Made by a program: the position numbers and the translations under genes. From contig JALDZS010000002.1 in NCBI GenBank assembly GCA_022813965.1, positions 186,001 to 250,000 of the forward strand: a DNA stretch of 64,000 bases. Reading direction: 5' to 3'. This DNA comes from Toensbergia leucococca. Its lineage: Eukaryota. This document shows, one piece after another, positions 26,394-40,375 of this stretch. The notes below the pieces were generated by a model. It was given only the letters and a program-made list of their open reading frames with translations. It made no database searches and was not told the DNA's origin. How positions within the stretch are numbered: position 1 is the stretch's first letter; every line of letters begins with the position of its first letter.

Positions 26394-29311
26394 ATGCCTA
26401 TGCCTGAAGACGACTACTTCAACGATCTCTCCAGGCAGCCCGGTCATCGAGTCAACGGTGATGCAGAGAGTCCTCCAGATCGAAATGATAACAGCAACGA
26501 CGGTGGGGACGGCGGAGTCATGAAACCGAAACGCATAGCTTGCGTCATTTGCAGAAAGCGGAAGCTCAGATGTGATGGGGACAAGCCAAGTTGTGGTACT
26601 TGCGCGAGGTTGGGGCACAGTTGCGCCTATGATGAGATTCGCCGAAAAAGTGGACCGAAGAGAGGATACGTCAAGGAATTGGAAGCACGCCTCGGTACGT
26701 CCTTGATCCTAGGTATCGACCTCCTTGGTCACTTAGTATCTGACTATTGACTTCTTTTTGTAGCCCAGGTCGAGACCCAACTCAAGACAAAAGACCAAAA
26801 GAGGCCTGGGCTGAACGATGGAAGAGTCTACAGTAGCAACGGGGCTGGGATGCCCACAGTCTCTGGGGCTGGGGTCGGAATGAGCCAAGACACAATGAAT
26901 GGACTGTTTGATCCTACCAGGGACTTCTCGGATCCGCCCTCTCAACAAGCGCCAAGCATGATGTCAGGGGGAGGCATAGACTTGGGACTTGGTGATGCAC
27001 TTTCATGGGAGATGATAGGATTAGGCCTCGAAGAACCCTTACCTCCGCAAGAAACCATTGATGAACTGTGAGTTGCCAGACTGAGCCCCATTCTTGTACT
27101 TACCATGATCCAGCCATCAAATCTACTTTGAAAAGATACATCCCTCGATCCCCATGATGCACAAGTACCGATATTTAGCATCCATGAACCTGGCTCCTCA
27201 CATGCGGCCCCCAATCTGCCTACGTTATGCTATGTGGTGTCTTGCCTCGTCCGTGACAGACAAGTATTTTGGGCTTCACGAAATATTCTATTACCGAGCG
27301 CGTAAGTATGCTGAGAATGACGAGATGAAAGGTCATGGCGAGACTTTCATCACTATCGGTCACGCGCAGTGCTGGATACTCATCTCCACCTACGAGTTCA
27401 AGATGATGTACTTTCCTAGGGCCTGGATCAGTGTAGGTAAGGCCGTTCGATTGGCGCAGATGATGGGGCTACATCGGCTAGATGGCGCTGGCTTAGAAGT
27501 GAAACAAAGTTTACCTCCCCCACGAGATTGGACTGATCGCGAAGAACGAAGGAGAACCTTTTGGTTGGCGTATTGTGAGGATCGATATGCTAGTATAGGA
27601 ACTGGCTGGCCCATGGTGATTGATGACCGAGACGTAAGTCTTGGAATAACGCGAAGTCGAAATATATTGTCAAGAAACTAATGGAATATAAATAGATTCT
27701 GACCAATTTACCCTCCACGGAGGAAGCATTTGAAAGAAGCAAACCTCAGCGGACGCTTTCTCTGAGTGAGTCGATGACTCCTGATGGGGCAGCTATGCTT
27801 TCATCTTTTGCAGGAGTAGTTCTCATGGCTTGTCTGTTCGGACGAAATCTCACTCACCTGCATCGGCCAGACCCCAATGACCAAGATGACGATGTGCAGG
27901 GAGAGTTCTGGAAACGACACCGGAATATGGATAACATACTCCTGAACACTTCCCTTTCACTGCCCCCACATTTACGACTACCTGCTGGAGTCCGAGATGC
28001 GAATATTGTTTTTCTCAACATGAACATACACACATCTACCATCTGTCTTCACCAAGCGGCAATCTTCAAAGCGGAGAGAAACAACTTACCCGAAGCAATG
28101 ATTGATAAGAGTAGGACACGCTGTATCCTAGCTGCTGCAGAGATAGCCAACATCATGCGCTTGGCCAGCCATCTTGATCTAACCTTTGTAAGTTATAGCT
28201 ATTCTTACTGGCCCGTGACCGAAGCTGATGTGGATGATAGATGAATCCTTTCACGGCGTTTTGTCTATATGTGTCAGCTCGTGTTTTTGTGCAGTTCCTT
28301 AAAAAGGTGCCCGACGATCAGGAAGTCCGCACGTCACTAGACTTTCTCCTCAATGCCATGCACGCCTTGAAACGGAAGCATCCCCTTACGGAATCTTTTC
28401 TGGCCCAATTAATTGTAGACATGGAGGGAAACGGCCTGGATACTTCATGTGGGGGCCCAAAATTGGCTTTCCCAGGTCAAGTATGTGAAGTTGTTCTCAT
28501 TGGAAGATTCAACTTTTGTCGGATCTAGCAGGTTCAAGACTAACTAGTTTCTCAGGCCAACACGCCAACACCTGCTTTTGATAGCTTCGTACCTCAGCCA
28601 ACTCAGTTCCTCCCAGGCGTCCGCTTCGGAGACTCTCCCGAAGCTCCATCGAATAATCGTCCACTCCAGACTACCAATGGCAAGCCTTTGAACATGGGAT
28701 CACAGTCTACAAGTCAGTATTCATTATCTACTTTCGACCTCGTCGCCCGAGAACAGAGACAACCTCGAGTGCTTCACTACCCACCAACTCCTGGGGGCAA
28801 GTGCGAATCCCTTCTTCCCGACTCTCGGTGGAGCCCATTCACTCAACGAAGCAGTAATACCAACTTCGGACCCTTTGCAGCCTTTGACACGGAGATGTCG
28901 GATCATGCAAGTGATGAACGTCATTCAACATCCAATGAACCTACACCATCTACATCTCATCAAGCATCCTCTCACACCTCGTACTCACCGCCCCATGAAG
29001 AAGATGAGATCCCTGATAATCACCATTCATTACAACAATCTTCCGGCTCCACAGCACCCATGACTGCCTTCTACTCTTCGGCTCCGTTCCCGGGCTTTAA
29101 CCCTCCTCCAGAGGCCAACTTTCCTTCGCCGAGCCCTGGTCGAGAAGATCATAATAATTTCACGCTTCCATCTGGTTGGGAAGTAGGATCATCAGGGGTG
29201 GCGCTAGGATCTACAACTGGTTTTAGTCCTCTTGGAGAAGGGGGATGGACTCAGATGCTTGATGGAATGGGATGGGATGGAGCTGCGTTGGGAGCTGGAG
29301 ATGTACTTTAA
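26394..29311 (+). CDS. Zn(II)2Cys6 transcription factor with fungal-specific TF middle domain
   Basis: ACVICRKRKLRCDGDKPSCGTCARLGHSCAY; AVRLAQMMGLHRLD...EERRRTFW; five introns; the true start may lie further upstream. Confidence 0.92.
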
Positions 29312-29801
29312 TATAAAACCCCAAGACATCATCTTTGCTAATGAATTTAGATGGCGCTCCAGCGGCAGGTTGATGACAACCTTGTGGAGCGCAAGAAGGC
29401 CTCGGAGGCGGATTTGCGAAGTAATTTAGAGGACTTGACTGGCGCAAGTGGATGGTGAAGAATTGATTTACTGGGGACGGCAGGATATAACTTGTATTAT
29501 CTATATCTCCGCTTCTTGACGGCCATTGTCCAAGCAGCATATATATTTTGTTTCATGATGAAAAGATCTTCTTCTTTTAGAATCAAGTTAAACGTATCTA
29601 CCACTTCGAAGAGAAATAGGCTCATTGCCTAATCCGCTGAAAACTAGAGTATCATTGTTGTCGACTCGTAGGCATCACATTGTTCATCACACTAGAAGAG
29701 ACTGGCGTGATTATATTTCAGAGGAGGAGCAACATTCCTACCTCGATGTAGTCAGGCTCCGATGAAGATTCCATGAGCTTTCATTTCCAAGCAGAAGTAC
29801 T

Positions 29802-31397
29802 ATGGAATACCTCATACGGTTCGTGCAACTCCACGAGAGCTTTCGTAAAGCTGAGATCCTGGCTTTGGCAGAGCTCGCAGATGTCAACGTTGAAGTCCTG
29901 ATCTACAGCGAGTACGTATGTTGCATTCGTACCTACAGGCCCCTTTTGTATCTGTGCTACAATGTGATACTTTCCTCAGCTAAAGTCTGCATAGTCACCT
30001 TATTGTATTGTCCGACTAAGAGATGAAGCCGCTGCTCGAGCTCTGATTGGCCGGAGTATCTTGAGCAAAGGTGTTTACGAGCTTTGGGGAAGCGGCAAAG
30101 ACTATGATCAACTTCATGCCACCGTTCGCCGAAAAACATCCGCGCAGTGGGCTCACTATAGCTCATCCACATGGAAGTTCGAAGTGGATACGTATCAAGG
30201 GAAGCGCTCTTCTCATGAGCAGAGCAAAATCATCGAGAGTTTCAGTTACCTGGAACTTAATGGTCCCATCAAAATGAATAAACCCGATCAAGAATTCTGC
30301 ATCTTTGAGGATTACGAGTGGAAGGCAGAATCACCCCATCAAATCTATATGGGGAGGTGGATTGCCGACGGTGACAGAGCCGCTACTCACACATATAGCC
30401 TGAAGAAGAGGCAATACATTAGTACTACATCTATGGACTCGGAGCTTGCTTTGATAACGGCGAATCTCACTCTTGCTGGTTCGGGAAAACTTCTTTATGA
30501 TCCTTTCATTGGGACAGGTAGTTTTCCTATAGCCTGCTCTCATTTCGGTGCTGTTTCAATGGGATCTGATATTGATGGCCGGAGCGTCCGCGGTCATCGA
30601 GGTCGAAATATCGTTACCAATTTTCAGCAATATGGGCTCCTTGATAGATATCTGGATGGTTTCATTTCTGACATTACCCATAGCCCGCTTCGGATGACGA
30701 GACTCTTTGATGGCATTATCTGTGATCCGCCGTACGGCGTTCGAGAAGGACTGAAGGTCTTGGGCAGTAGAGATGGCAGTGGGAAAGAGGCTGTTTTTAT
30801 CAATGGAGAAGCAGCACATCTGTGAGTGACAACGCCCTAATAACTAAGTATGGTTCTAATCCTAGAAAATCAGGCAAGACAAGTATATCCCCCCCAAGCG
30901 TCCATACAGTTTCGAAGCTATGCTAGATGATATTCTGGCCTTTGCAGCGTTGTCTTTGGTGGACCACGGAAGACTGTCCATATGGATGCCGACGGCGAAT
31001 GATGAAGATGTCGAGCTGGGAATACCCACGCATCCTTGTCTTGAAGTCGTCAGTATTTGTGTACAAGCATTTAACAAATGTGAGTGTTGCATTTTCATCT
31101 GAAAACAATCCCGCTGACTTTGTGTCACTCGTCAAAGGGTCAAGGAGACTCTTGACTTATCGAAGATTATCCGGCTCCGAAGTTACTGGAAGCATGAATT
31201 CAAAGAAGAAAGATTTTGTTACGGGAAATAGGGCAGATGATCTTAATTCCTTTCGGAAACGAGTAAGTGCTTTCCTGATTTGCATATCATAGGTATTGCG
31301 CGCTTACAGCCACAATCAGTACTTCCAAGGCTTCAGATCACCAACCGGAAAAGAGGGCGGCCACCAAATAGGGGAAAGCGTGAATGTTGAGCAGTAA
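29802..31397 (+). CDS. TRM11: tRNA (guanine-10-N2)-methyltransferase
   Basis: MEYLIRFVQLHESFRKAE, YSLKKRQYISTTSMDSEL, YDPFIGTGSF, DGIICDPPYGVREG, WSRRLLTY; four introns. Confidence 0.95.
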
Positions 31398-31527
31398 TTC
31401 GATCCTGAGTGCTCCTGAGCACTTACTGCCAATCCCATTATCTCTACTCATGGCAGCTCTTGCTCGGGCGCGATACTAGCACGTCGTGATCGCCCATCTA
31501 TTTCACGTAGAGAGTCCTTCCAATACC

Positions 31528-32254
31528 TCACAGCTTGCTCTTCATACTCATTTCTACCTCGCCACCATCCCCTAACAATATTCGTACAGCATCCTCGCCT
31601 TCTCTCTCCCGCAGTAGTTCCACCTCCCTCTTCATCTCTCGCCGCATTCTCTCCAGAAGCTGGACTGCATCTTCATCATCCAATTCCTCCCTCTGCCCTT
31701 TCCCAAAGACAGTCCAGCTTCGGTTCTTGATCTCAGGCACATCTCCTGCCCTTGGTATGATGTGAAAGTGAACATGCGGTACCACTTGCGCGGCGCGTGC
31801 TCCTACTCAGTCCACAATGACGCTCAATTAGCGCAACCAATCTCCGGAACAGCTCTCAGAAATGTTCCGAGCCAGTTTAAACACTCGTGTTCTTGCCGGC
31901 CCCGTGGATGAATCGCGAAATGACAAACCCACCATTGTTCTGCACAACGTTCCAATCCTCCACACCCATGACCCGCATGACAGCTCGACTCACAAGGCCA
32001 ATCCAGGCGCCCAGCGCTCTCCCCTCCCTTCTACTCACATCGCTCAGCTTCTCCTTATGTGCACGCGTTGCAAGTAGGACATGGCCGCGAGATATTGGGG
32101 CAATGTCCAGAAAGGCGAGGGTGAGGGGTGTGGACAGCAGTACATACGAAGTGTGGGTCGGTGGGGCGGAAGATGGAGGTGATAGGGAAAGGGGTGAGCA
32201 CGGGGGATGGAAGGCTGCGATTTGGCAAAAGGGGCAGGGGGTGGAGGAGGTCAT
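31528..32254 (-). CDS. HIT (histidine triad) family nucleotide hydrolase, Hnt1-like
   Basis: CPFCQI, AFLDIAPISRGHVL, WNVVQNNG / ARAAQVVPHVHFHIIPR; one intron. Confidence 0.92.
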
Positions 32255-32658
32255 GGGGGGATTGAATGGGGCAGGGATGAAGAGCAGAGCAAGGACACCG
32301 GGAGTGCCGGGATTTAATGATTGCGTGTTTATCCGTAGAATATCCGTAGAATACTCCGGGACCCGAACCCGAGATTTAAAGTTTCGCGATAACTCTAATC
32401 CCCGGACTTTAGCATTAACGGCGTTCCGGCTTTAAGCTTCAACTTCGGGATTCACAACTCGATAATAAGATAGCAGGATAGGTACGGAGTAATGGGTACA
32501 AGACATATAAGTACCTAGTCCTACCCCGTCTCCATAATCTCTCAATTCTAGACATCAAAGCTTTGAATCTTTCATTATGTATTCCGAACTGATCCTCCAA
32601 ACCTACGACGCCTATTCTCACACCAAACCTCAGGCCTCGCTAAAGAGAATCCATATCA

Positions 32659-33574
32659 ATGGCGCAACGGATAATCCTAATCACTGGTGCAAACCGAGAT
32701 GAGTAACTTGCCTCAACCAAAAATCAATTCCAAACCAACTAATAAATACCATAGGCATCGGCTTCTCCATTCTCCAAGCCCTAGCCACAAATTCACCATC
32801 CGATCACTATCTCCTCGGCACCCGCACCTTCGACAACGGCATCCAAGCCCTAGCCACAAATTCACCATCCGATCACTATCTCCTCGGCACCCGCACCTTC
32901 GACAACGGCATCCAAGCCCTCTCCCGTCTCCGACATCTTAACATCTCCGCCCCGATCGAGATACTCCCACTCGACGTCACCGACGACGCCAGCATCGCCA
33001 CCACCGAGCGACAGATCCGCTCCAAGCACGGCAAACTAGACAGTTAGTCCCTCCCACCCATCTCCCAAGTTACCTTGAACCTAACTCCAAAGCAGTCCCC
33101 ATCAACAACGCCGGCATCGCTCTCAATCCCACCAGCCCCTCTCTCCCATCCCTCCGCCAAGCCTACGACACAACCTTCTCCACAAACATCTCTTCCATCG
33201 CCGCCCTAACAACCGCCCTCCTCTCCCTCCTCAAACTCTCTTCAATCCCTCGTATAATCAACATTTCCTCCGCCCGCGCCTCGGTCACCCTCTCAACAAC
33301 AAATTCCCTCCCACCCTCCCGCTCCATCCCCTACAGCATCAGCAAAACAGTCCTGAACATGCTGAGCTTTGAGTTCTCCAAGCTGGAGCCGGGAGTCCGG
33401 TTTTATTGCGCGAGTCCGGGGCATTGCCGGACGGAGCTGAATGGGTTTTCGGGGAAGAGGGATCCGTTGGAGGGGGCGGGCGTGGTGGTGGAGTTGTGTG
33501 ATGCGGAGGAAGGGGTTTATGGGGATGGATTTTGGGAATTGGAAGAGGGGGTGGTGAGGAGGGTACCGTGGTAG
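32659..33574 (+). pseudogene. Short-chain dehydrogenase/reductase, probably recently inactivated
   Basis: IILITGANR/GIG, LDVTD, INNAG, NISS, YSISK and SPGHCRTELNG motifs are present. However, intron 1 begins ATGAGT instead of GTGAGT (32699), there is a 69-bp in-frame duplication, and DIPINNAG replaces the usual hydrophobic residue. Confidence 0.75.
32773..32920 (+). repeat. Perfect 69-bp tandem duplication bounded by a 10-bp microhomology
   Basis: TCCAAGCCCT occurs at 32773, 32842 and 32911; the two intervening units are identical. Confidence 0.95.
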
Positions 33575-34985
33575 GCTGGGGAGGAAATTAGGGGGTCGAT
33601 TCGGCCTTCGTTTGGGGGTGGGAGGCCGAAACTGCCAGTTTTCTCAAGTCTTTCCTTTTTTTTTCTTTTTTTTTTCTCCAACAATCGACGGCGGCTCTGG
33701 GACGGAGATGGAGATCGGGAAGCATATAATTCAGAACATCCTCCTATTATCAATCTTAATAAATCACCGAGATACACAAGAGATGATAACAAAAACCTGC
33801 AAACGCATTGATAAACTCCCCTTTCCCAGCATATGATCCTTCCCCCCCAACCAAACAACAGAAAATAAATCAACAGCGGCTCTGGGACGGAAACCAAAAG
33901 GCTTCATATCCCCATATAAAGACTGCTTCTGAAAACTTCGAGACTACCTATATCAAGGGAACACTAAATCCCTGATGATACCTTTCCCAACACCATCAAC
34001 CCCCCCGCCGCCGGCAAAACCAACAAAACCCATCACCCCTCTCCTTCACGACCCCCAATACCCCAAAAATCGAGACACTGCAAGATTCGGTCTTTGATAA
34101 CCCCCTCTTCCAATTAATGGAGAAATTGTGACTTTTGATTTTTTTTGGGGGGGGGGTTTTTTGGGGAAAAGGGGGCGTTCGATGGAGGTGAGAGACCTCG
34201 CGTATCCTGGGGGGAGGAAACTTGGGGCGTTGGGTATTTTTTTGGGGAGGGGGTTGGTTGTTTGTTTGGGATAGGGGCGTGTGGAAGTTATTCAAGGCGA
34301 GTCAGTCAGGCTGGGTTACTAGCCCCTCCAAAAGTACTTGGAAAGAATACTCATTCCCATTTCTCTCAAAAAGCCGAATCTCGCCCTCGGCTCTAATTGT
34401 CACCACGTCCTCCTCACACGGGGGGATCGACTGGAGGGGCAGTGTGGCGTGCGGTGGGTATGGTCTTTTTTTCCGTGCCCCCTTTTTTTGGGGGGGGGTG
34501 GAGGGGGGTTTGTTGGTTGGGTGGGTGCGGGTTTTAGCTTTTTGTGACGGCTTTCTTTTTATGTTTTTCGTTTTGGTGGGCTGCTGTCAAGGGTGTGTGG
34601 ATTCTGTTTTTCTTGCGAGGAGTGGAGTTTCTTGGGGGGTTGGGGATTGGAGGGGAAGGAATAGGAAATGAAAACAGAAAAGTGAAAATGACTTTCGAGG
34701 GTTGGGATGGGAGTAATGCTTCAAAAAGGGGTGGTGGGTCTATGTAGCTCCCATAAACATGGAATCCCTCCCCTCAGAAAAACTGTTACATACACGCTTA
34801 TGCTTTGTCTAAGCCACCAAGAAATGCAATTATCCGGAGGAAAAATAAACAAAAAAGCCAATGCTCGCTTTACGCCTTGCAGTATGTAACTCACCCCCTC
34901 GAACCATACCAACCAACTGAATATGTACACCCCAGGATGCACCCCGCTGCCGATTCCCAGAACTCCGAAAACGTGCTAGTGTACT

Positions 34986-36723
34986 TTATGCCGTGCCTGC
35001 TTTGAACGAATACCGCGACGCGTACCCTGATACCAGCTGCACATCGATTTTCTGCGATGCTGGGCCCAGCATCTCGTGTTGCAGATCCCAGCCGGCGCGG
35101 TTGCAGAGCTCGGCGACTACGGTGTCACAGTCGCCGAGGAGGTCGATGTCGAAGTCGATGTGGGAGCAGGTCTTTGAGGGGGCTTCAGGGAGTTTTCTTT
35201 AAAAAAGAGGGTGGGGGCTTCAAAGGGGAAGAAGGAGGATAGAGAAAGGAAAGGGATACTTACTGTTCTGGAGATATAAAGCTGGGGGACGTGGGCGGGG
35301 AGGAAGCCGGGGATCTCGGAGACGGGGGCGACTTTAAGGGAGGTGCCAATTACGATTACCAGGTCGACTAGGCCGTGGTCGTGGGCTGTGAGGCGGGAGT
35401 GGAAGGTGGCGGGGAGACCTTCGCCAAAGAAGGTGATATCTGGCTGTAGGTTTTGGATAAGGAGAGAGTTAGGAACAAATACTGCTTGCATGGCACGCTA
35501 GGAGGGAGGGTGGGGCCTTACCTTCATGACTCCGGCAGTGGCGATGTCGTAGTCTTCTTCGGAGAAACCGTCTTCGTAGTCGTTGCGTTTCTTCTTGCTG
35601 CTAGATGTGCTGTTGGAGGTGCGTTTCCGCTTTAGGCCATTCGATTTTGCTTGGCGTAATCGGCGGATGCACCGGTCACACCGAGCGACCCTCCCGGCTT
35701 TCAAGTCCTTGTAAATCTCCTCGCCGTTCACTTTGTACTGGCATTCACCGCAGGAGGCAGTTGCGAAAGAGCCGTGGCACTGGATTAGTTTTTCGGGCAG
35801 GATGCCGGCGTGCCCTTCTAGATTGTCGATATTCTGGGTAAAGTTGGTCAGGAGTTTCTCCTTTTCCTGAAGGAGACGGATGAAAGCATGGGTGGGGGAG
35901 TATTTGTTTGTTGAGGGGAGTATGTCCTTGGCGACAGAGTAGAAGATGGTGGGGTCTTCACGAAAAAGGGAGATGTCAAAGACTTCTTGAGGGTCGTTGA
36001 GGCCGAGGTGCTGGAGTTTTGAGTAGAGACCTGTGTCTTTGGAGCGGAAATCGGGGATGCCGAGGCTAGTTGATATCTGGCTTTCATGTCAGGGCTGGGC
36101 TGGCAATGTAATGAGAGGAAAAGGCTTACTCCGGCTCCTGTAAGCACAATGATGTTTTTCGAGTTTTTCAGGAGAGATACGGCGTCATCAACGGTATTGT
36201 ACTGCGGTAGCTTGACTCTCTTGGAGAGTTCGCGGGAAATGCCAAGGCCTAATAGAGGATAATAGGCACTGTCCGGAGCACCGTCTAGAAAATGAGGCGG
36301 TTTGATACCGAAAGCAGTGCATAATTTCTTGGCGGTAATGGTCCTCGACTCCACCGTCTCGATGATGAATTGATCTTCCCCAACTTTTCGCAGTCTCTTC
36401 CGGAAAGCATGGGCTTCCTCCAGACTACAGGCTTCAACTAAAGACGATACATTAGTCGGACTTTCGTATTCGTGCTCCTGGGAAGCCTGCATACCATCGT
36501 CTACAAACTCCTCGTCTCCTATACCCTCGAGGGCATCTTCATAGAAAGATTCTGTTTCCCACTGATCGTCGTCTTCATCTTTTGCAATGTCTAACGCGTC
36601 GCAGACGGGGATTTGGTCCACGTCTTCGTCAATTGAACTATCGTCGTCGGAGAGCAGATCGACAATCTCGACGACGGGGACTTTCAGGGGCGAACTGTGT
36701 ATGATGTCCCCGCTACTCGCCAT
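34986..36723 (-). CDS. SIR2: NAD-dependent histone deacetylase Sir2/Hst1
   Basis: [38 protein letters not shown], CxxC...Cxx[31 protein letters not shown]; four introns. Confidence 0.96.
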
Positions 36724-37039
36724 TGTGGGTGGCGAACGCGAAGAAGTCGCAGCCACAGCGCAGAGTTTCAGTAGATGTACGGAGTATTTTTCATGATGAA
36801 GTCTTCCGTCATGGCCACCGTAGAACATTCTAACATTTAGGGATACGGATACGGATATTCTAATCACCTGGGAACATACGGACACCTTACCATCTTTCCG
36901 CCGATTCCCTCTCACCTCCCTCCCCCGCTCCTTCCGTGCTCTCCGCTTCTCTGTGTCGCCACGATCGTCAATGCAGAAACGATGTAACTCAGTACACGGA
37001 GATGATGACCTGAACAATGAATATTCTTACTGATCTGCT

Positions 37040-40000
37040 ATGGTAGAGGGCAGTGCATCTTCCAGCGACGTCCGCTCAAGAGTACCTAATCATGTCGCAT
37101 CTGATGGCGGACAACACCGTCGAAATAGATCCAAGCAGAGCTCTCACAATAGCTTGTCGGCGAGACCAAACTCGACGAACAATACGCAGCTAGATGCTCC
37201 ATCGTCCCGTTTAAGTGTGTACTTTGGATCTTATGGTCGAAGTCCCAGGCCTTCATTTGAAGCCGATGTAGGCGCGAACTCGTCGTCAAGGGCTAGCATC
37301 GGTCACTTACAATTCGAGCATGTCCTAGATAACGCTGATGCCGAGCTCCACGCTTATGGAGTTCAGGAGCTGCGAGATGGCTTCTTCGATGGCTCATTCA
37401 TTCGTCCAATGCGCCATGATCGCGCCGAACTGATGGAAAAAGCATCCGAATCAATGCCTGAATTCTTTCAACATCATCACCCACTGTCTCTGCGGCACTC
37501 CCTATCGGTCCAATGGCATGAGCTCGTGTTTTACTTCAAGCAGATTACTAATTCTAGGTCAGGCATCCAGCTTGCTAAGTCGTTTCTGGGCTTTTTCATT
37601 GCCTACTTGATGTGTCTGGTACCAGCTGCAGAGAACTGGCTTGGTACATATAGCTATATTATTGCTTTATCAACTATTATCAATCACCCGGGAAGATCCA
37701 TAGGATCCCAAATAGATGGCGCTCTTTCCACTACCCTTGGAACTGTTGCAGGTCTTGCATGGGGTAGCTTGGCTCTTTACGTCTCAACATCCACTGCTAC
37801 TGCACGATCAGGCTATGGTGGTGTCTTGGCTACATTTCTTGTGTTGTTCACTGCTAGCATAGCGTGGCTACGATGCATATATATGAGGTTTTACCAAGCT
37901 GTAATCTGTGCTGGAATCGCTATTTGCTATACCTGTCTCGCGAATACCTCTCAGGCTGTGGGCTGGAGCAAGATCTTTGACTATGGTATCCCCTGGGTTT
38001 TGGGTCAAGCTCTGTGCTTGCTAGTATCCTTTCTTGTCTTCCCTGATACTGGTTCACGCTCTCTCGCGTAAGCTGTCTAAAGTGTACGCTTATGCTCCTC
38101 TTCAATGCTTACTTGTCCTTAGAATTGCACTGCACGGGTCGCTAACAGCACTTGAAGAAGGACTTGTTTTACCCCGTCAGGATTCGATATTTCTGCGGAG
38201 AAAACTCGCATGGAGTTTTGTCGACATCTCGCAAGCTGTTCGGGACTTCACCATCGACCTGTCGGTATCTCGCTTTGATCCGAATGACATTCGTTCAGTT
38301 CGTAATCTGATTCAAGGTGTCATCAGGGGCGTCTTGGCCATCAAGCCCAATACATCTCTTATGGACATGGCAGATCATCTGTCTGAACTTCCTTCCAAGG
38401 AGTCTGAGCCAATCGATGGTCATCAAAGCTCCGTGTATGATGATCTGTCCCTATGTCAAACAAGCGCAGCAGATGCGATAGGACTAGTGTCTAGAGTCCT
38501 TGGAAGCCCAACGCGAAAGCTCATTGGGGCAATGGTAGAAGGGATCAGTGGATGCGATGCAACGATACTAAATCTCGCTGGACATGGAGAAATCGTCCGC
38601 TCTTCCAGGACTGATCCATATAATCTCGAACAAACTTTAAGATGTCTAAAGAGTGCTATCGATGGCTTTGACTTGGCTGATACCTCGTTAATCGGTGACT
38701 CAGGGCTCCCCTCCACATATTCAAAGCACCCCAAATTAGTCGAGCTCTTTCTATTTGTTCACCCTGTTCGTCAGACTGCTGATAGAGTTCAAGCTTTATT
38801 ACAGAAGATTCTCCAGATGCAGCAGAGGAAAAGAGGTTGGACCATCAATCTGCCATCATATCCCCTTTCAAAGGCTTTAATTCGCACCAATGCACAAGTC
38901 CGTCATGATCGTGGAGGGCTGACAGCTGGCTTCTATTTCCGGAGTAAGGGCCAGCTAGAGAAGACGATGCAAGACCTTCAAAGTAAAGTCTACATTCCTA
39001 TCACTCACCATCCAGTGCCTGGCAGAGGTGCAGAAGCGGATATGCCCTCGAATTCCAAATACCGAGAGGAGCAGAAGATAGCCCTTGCTGCGGCCCATGA
39101 GATATCCGACCACCTCAAATCCCGCTATCAATTATGGCAGATACTACATCGCATGCAGGGTTTTGAGTCCCGTTTCGCGTTCAAGGTAACGCTAGTCACC
39201 ACACTACTATCAATCCCCGCTTGGCTCCCACAAAGTCGTGACTGGTGGAATACTAATGAAAGCTGGTGGGCTGTAGTCACTGTCTGGGTCATGATGCACC
39301 CTCGAGTTGGTGGTAACTTTCAGGATCTCGCAACTCGAAGTTTGTACGCCGCCATTGGAGCTATCTGGGCAGGTCTTGCAGATGCTTCCGATCATGGGAA
39401 CCCTTATGTGATGGCTATTTTCGCAGCCCTCTTTATGCTGCCCATGATGCATCGGTTTACACAGAGTTCACACCCTCGCTCTGGTATCGTTGGATGCATT
39501 AGCTTCACCGTCATATCTTTGAGTGCATACAAGAATGATGGAAAGCCGTCAATAGTCGACTTCACTTGGACCAGAGGCCTTGCGTTTGTCGTTGGCGTTG
39601 TATCGGCCGTCCTCGTGAATTGGGTTCTCTGGCCATTTGTTGCCCGGCACGAGCTTCGAAAATCTCTGTCAGCAATGATGCTGCACTCCGCACTCATCTA
39701 CCGAGGCGTTGTAGCAAAGTACATTTACTACAACCCAGGCGAGGAGCCAGGCCCGCAAGACGTCGCCCGTTCAGAAGCGCTTGAAGGTCGATTAAGAGAG
39801 GGATTTGTCCGCATCCGGCAGCTGATGGAACTGACACAGCACGAAATCGTAAGTGTCATTCCCATCAACCTTCGAAACCCAATGCTCAATACTAACAAAC
39901 CCAGCGTCTTCGCGCACCCTTTGATCCCCTTCCCTACAACGCCGTCATCGACTCCTGCGAACGTTTCTTCGAACACCTCGTCGAAGTCCGCCAATCAAGC

Positions 40001-40375
40001 CTATACTTCCAGCCCCACATGCTGGCCTCTGGGCCAGCCGCCGCCTCCGCCCTCATTAGCGAGCGCCGCGACGCAGTCGCCGTCATCCTCATGAACATCT
40101 ACATCCTCGCCTGCGCCCTCCGCTCTAACAGGCCTGTTCCACGCTATTTGCCCTCCGCGGCGGCGGCGAGACGGAAGCTGCTGGATCGGATGGAGGTGGT
40201 AGAGGGGGGAGAAGTGCAAGTGGGGACGACGGGAAGGGGAAGGAGGTGGGCGGATGTTTATCAGTATGCCTTTTCGGGGGCGTTGACGGAGGTTGTTGAG
40301 GAGGTGCAGGTGTTGCAGCTGTTTACGAGGGAGATTACGGGGGAGGTGGGGTTCGATCCTCCTAGTCAGATTTGA
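37040..40375 (+). CDS. FUSC/aromatic-acid-exporter (ArAE) family multi-pass membrane protein
   Basis: TM bundles with HPGRSIGSQIDG and FAFKVTLVTTLLSIPAW...WWAVVTVWVMMHPRVGG...WVLWPFVARHELRK; two introns. Confidence 0.85.

Noticed and set aside
35848..37017. 389-aa ORF suggesting an N-terminally extended Sir2
   Set aside because: Starts at a non-ATG codon in the promoter and reads through introns; the real start is probably 36723.
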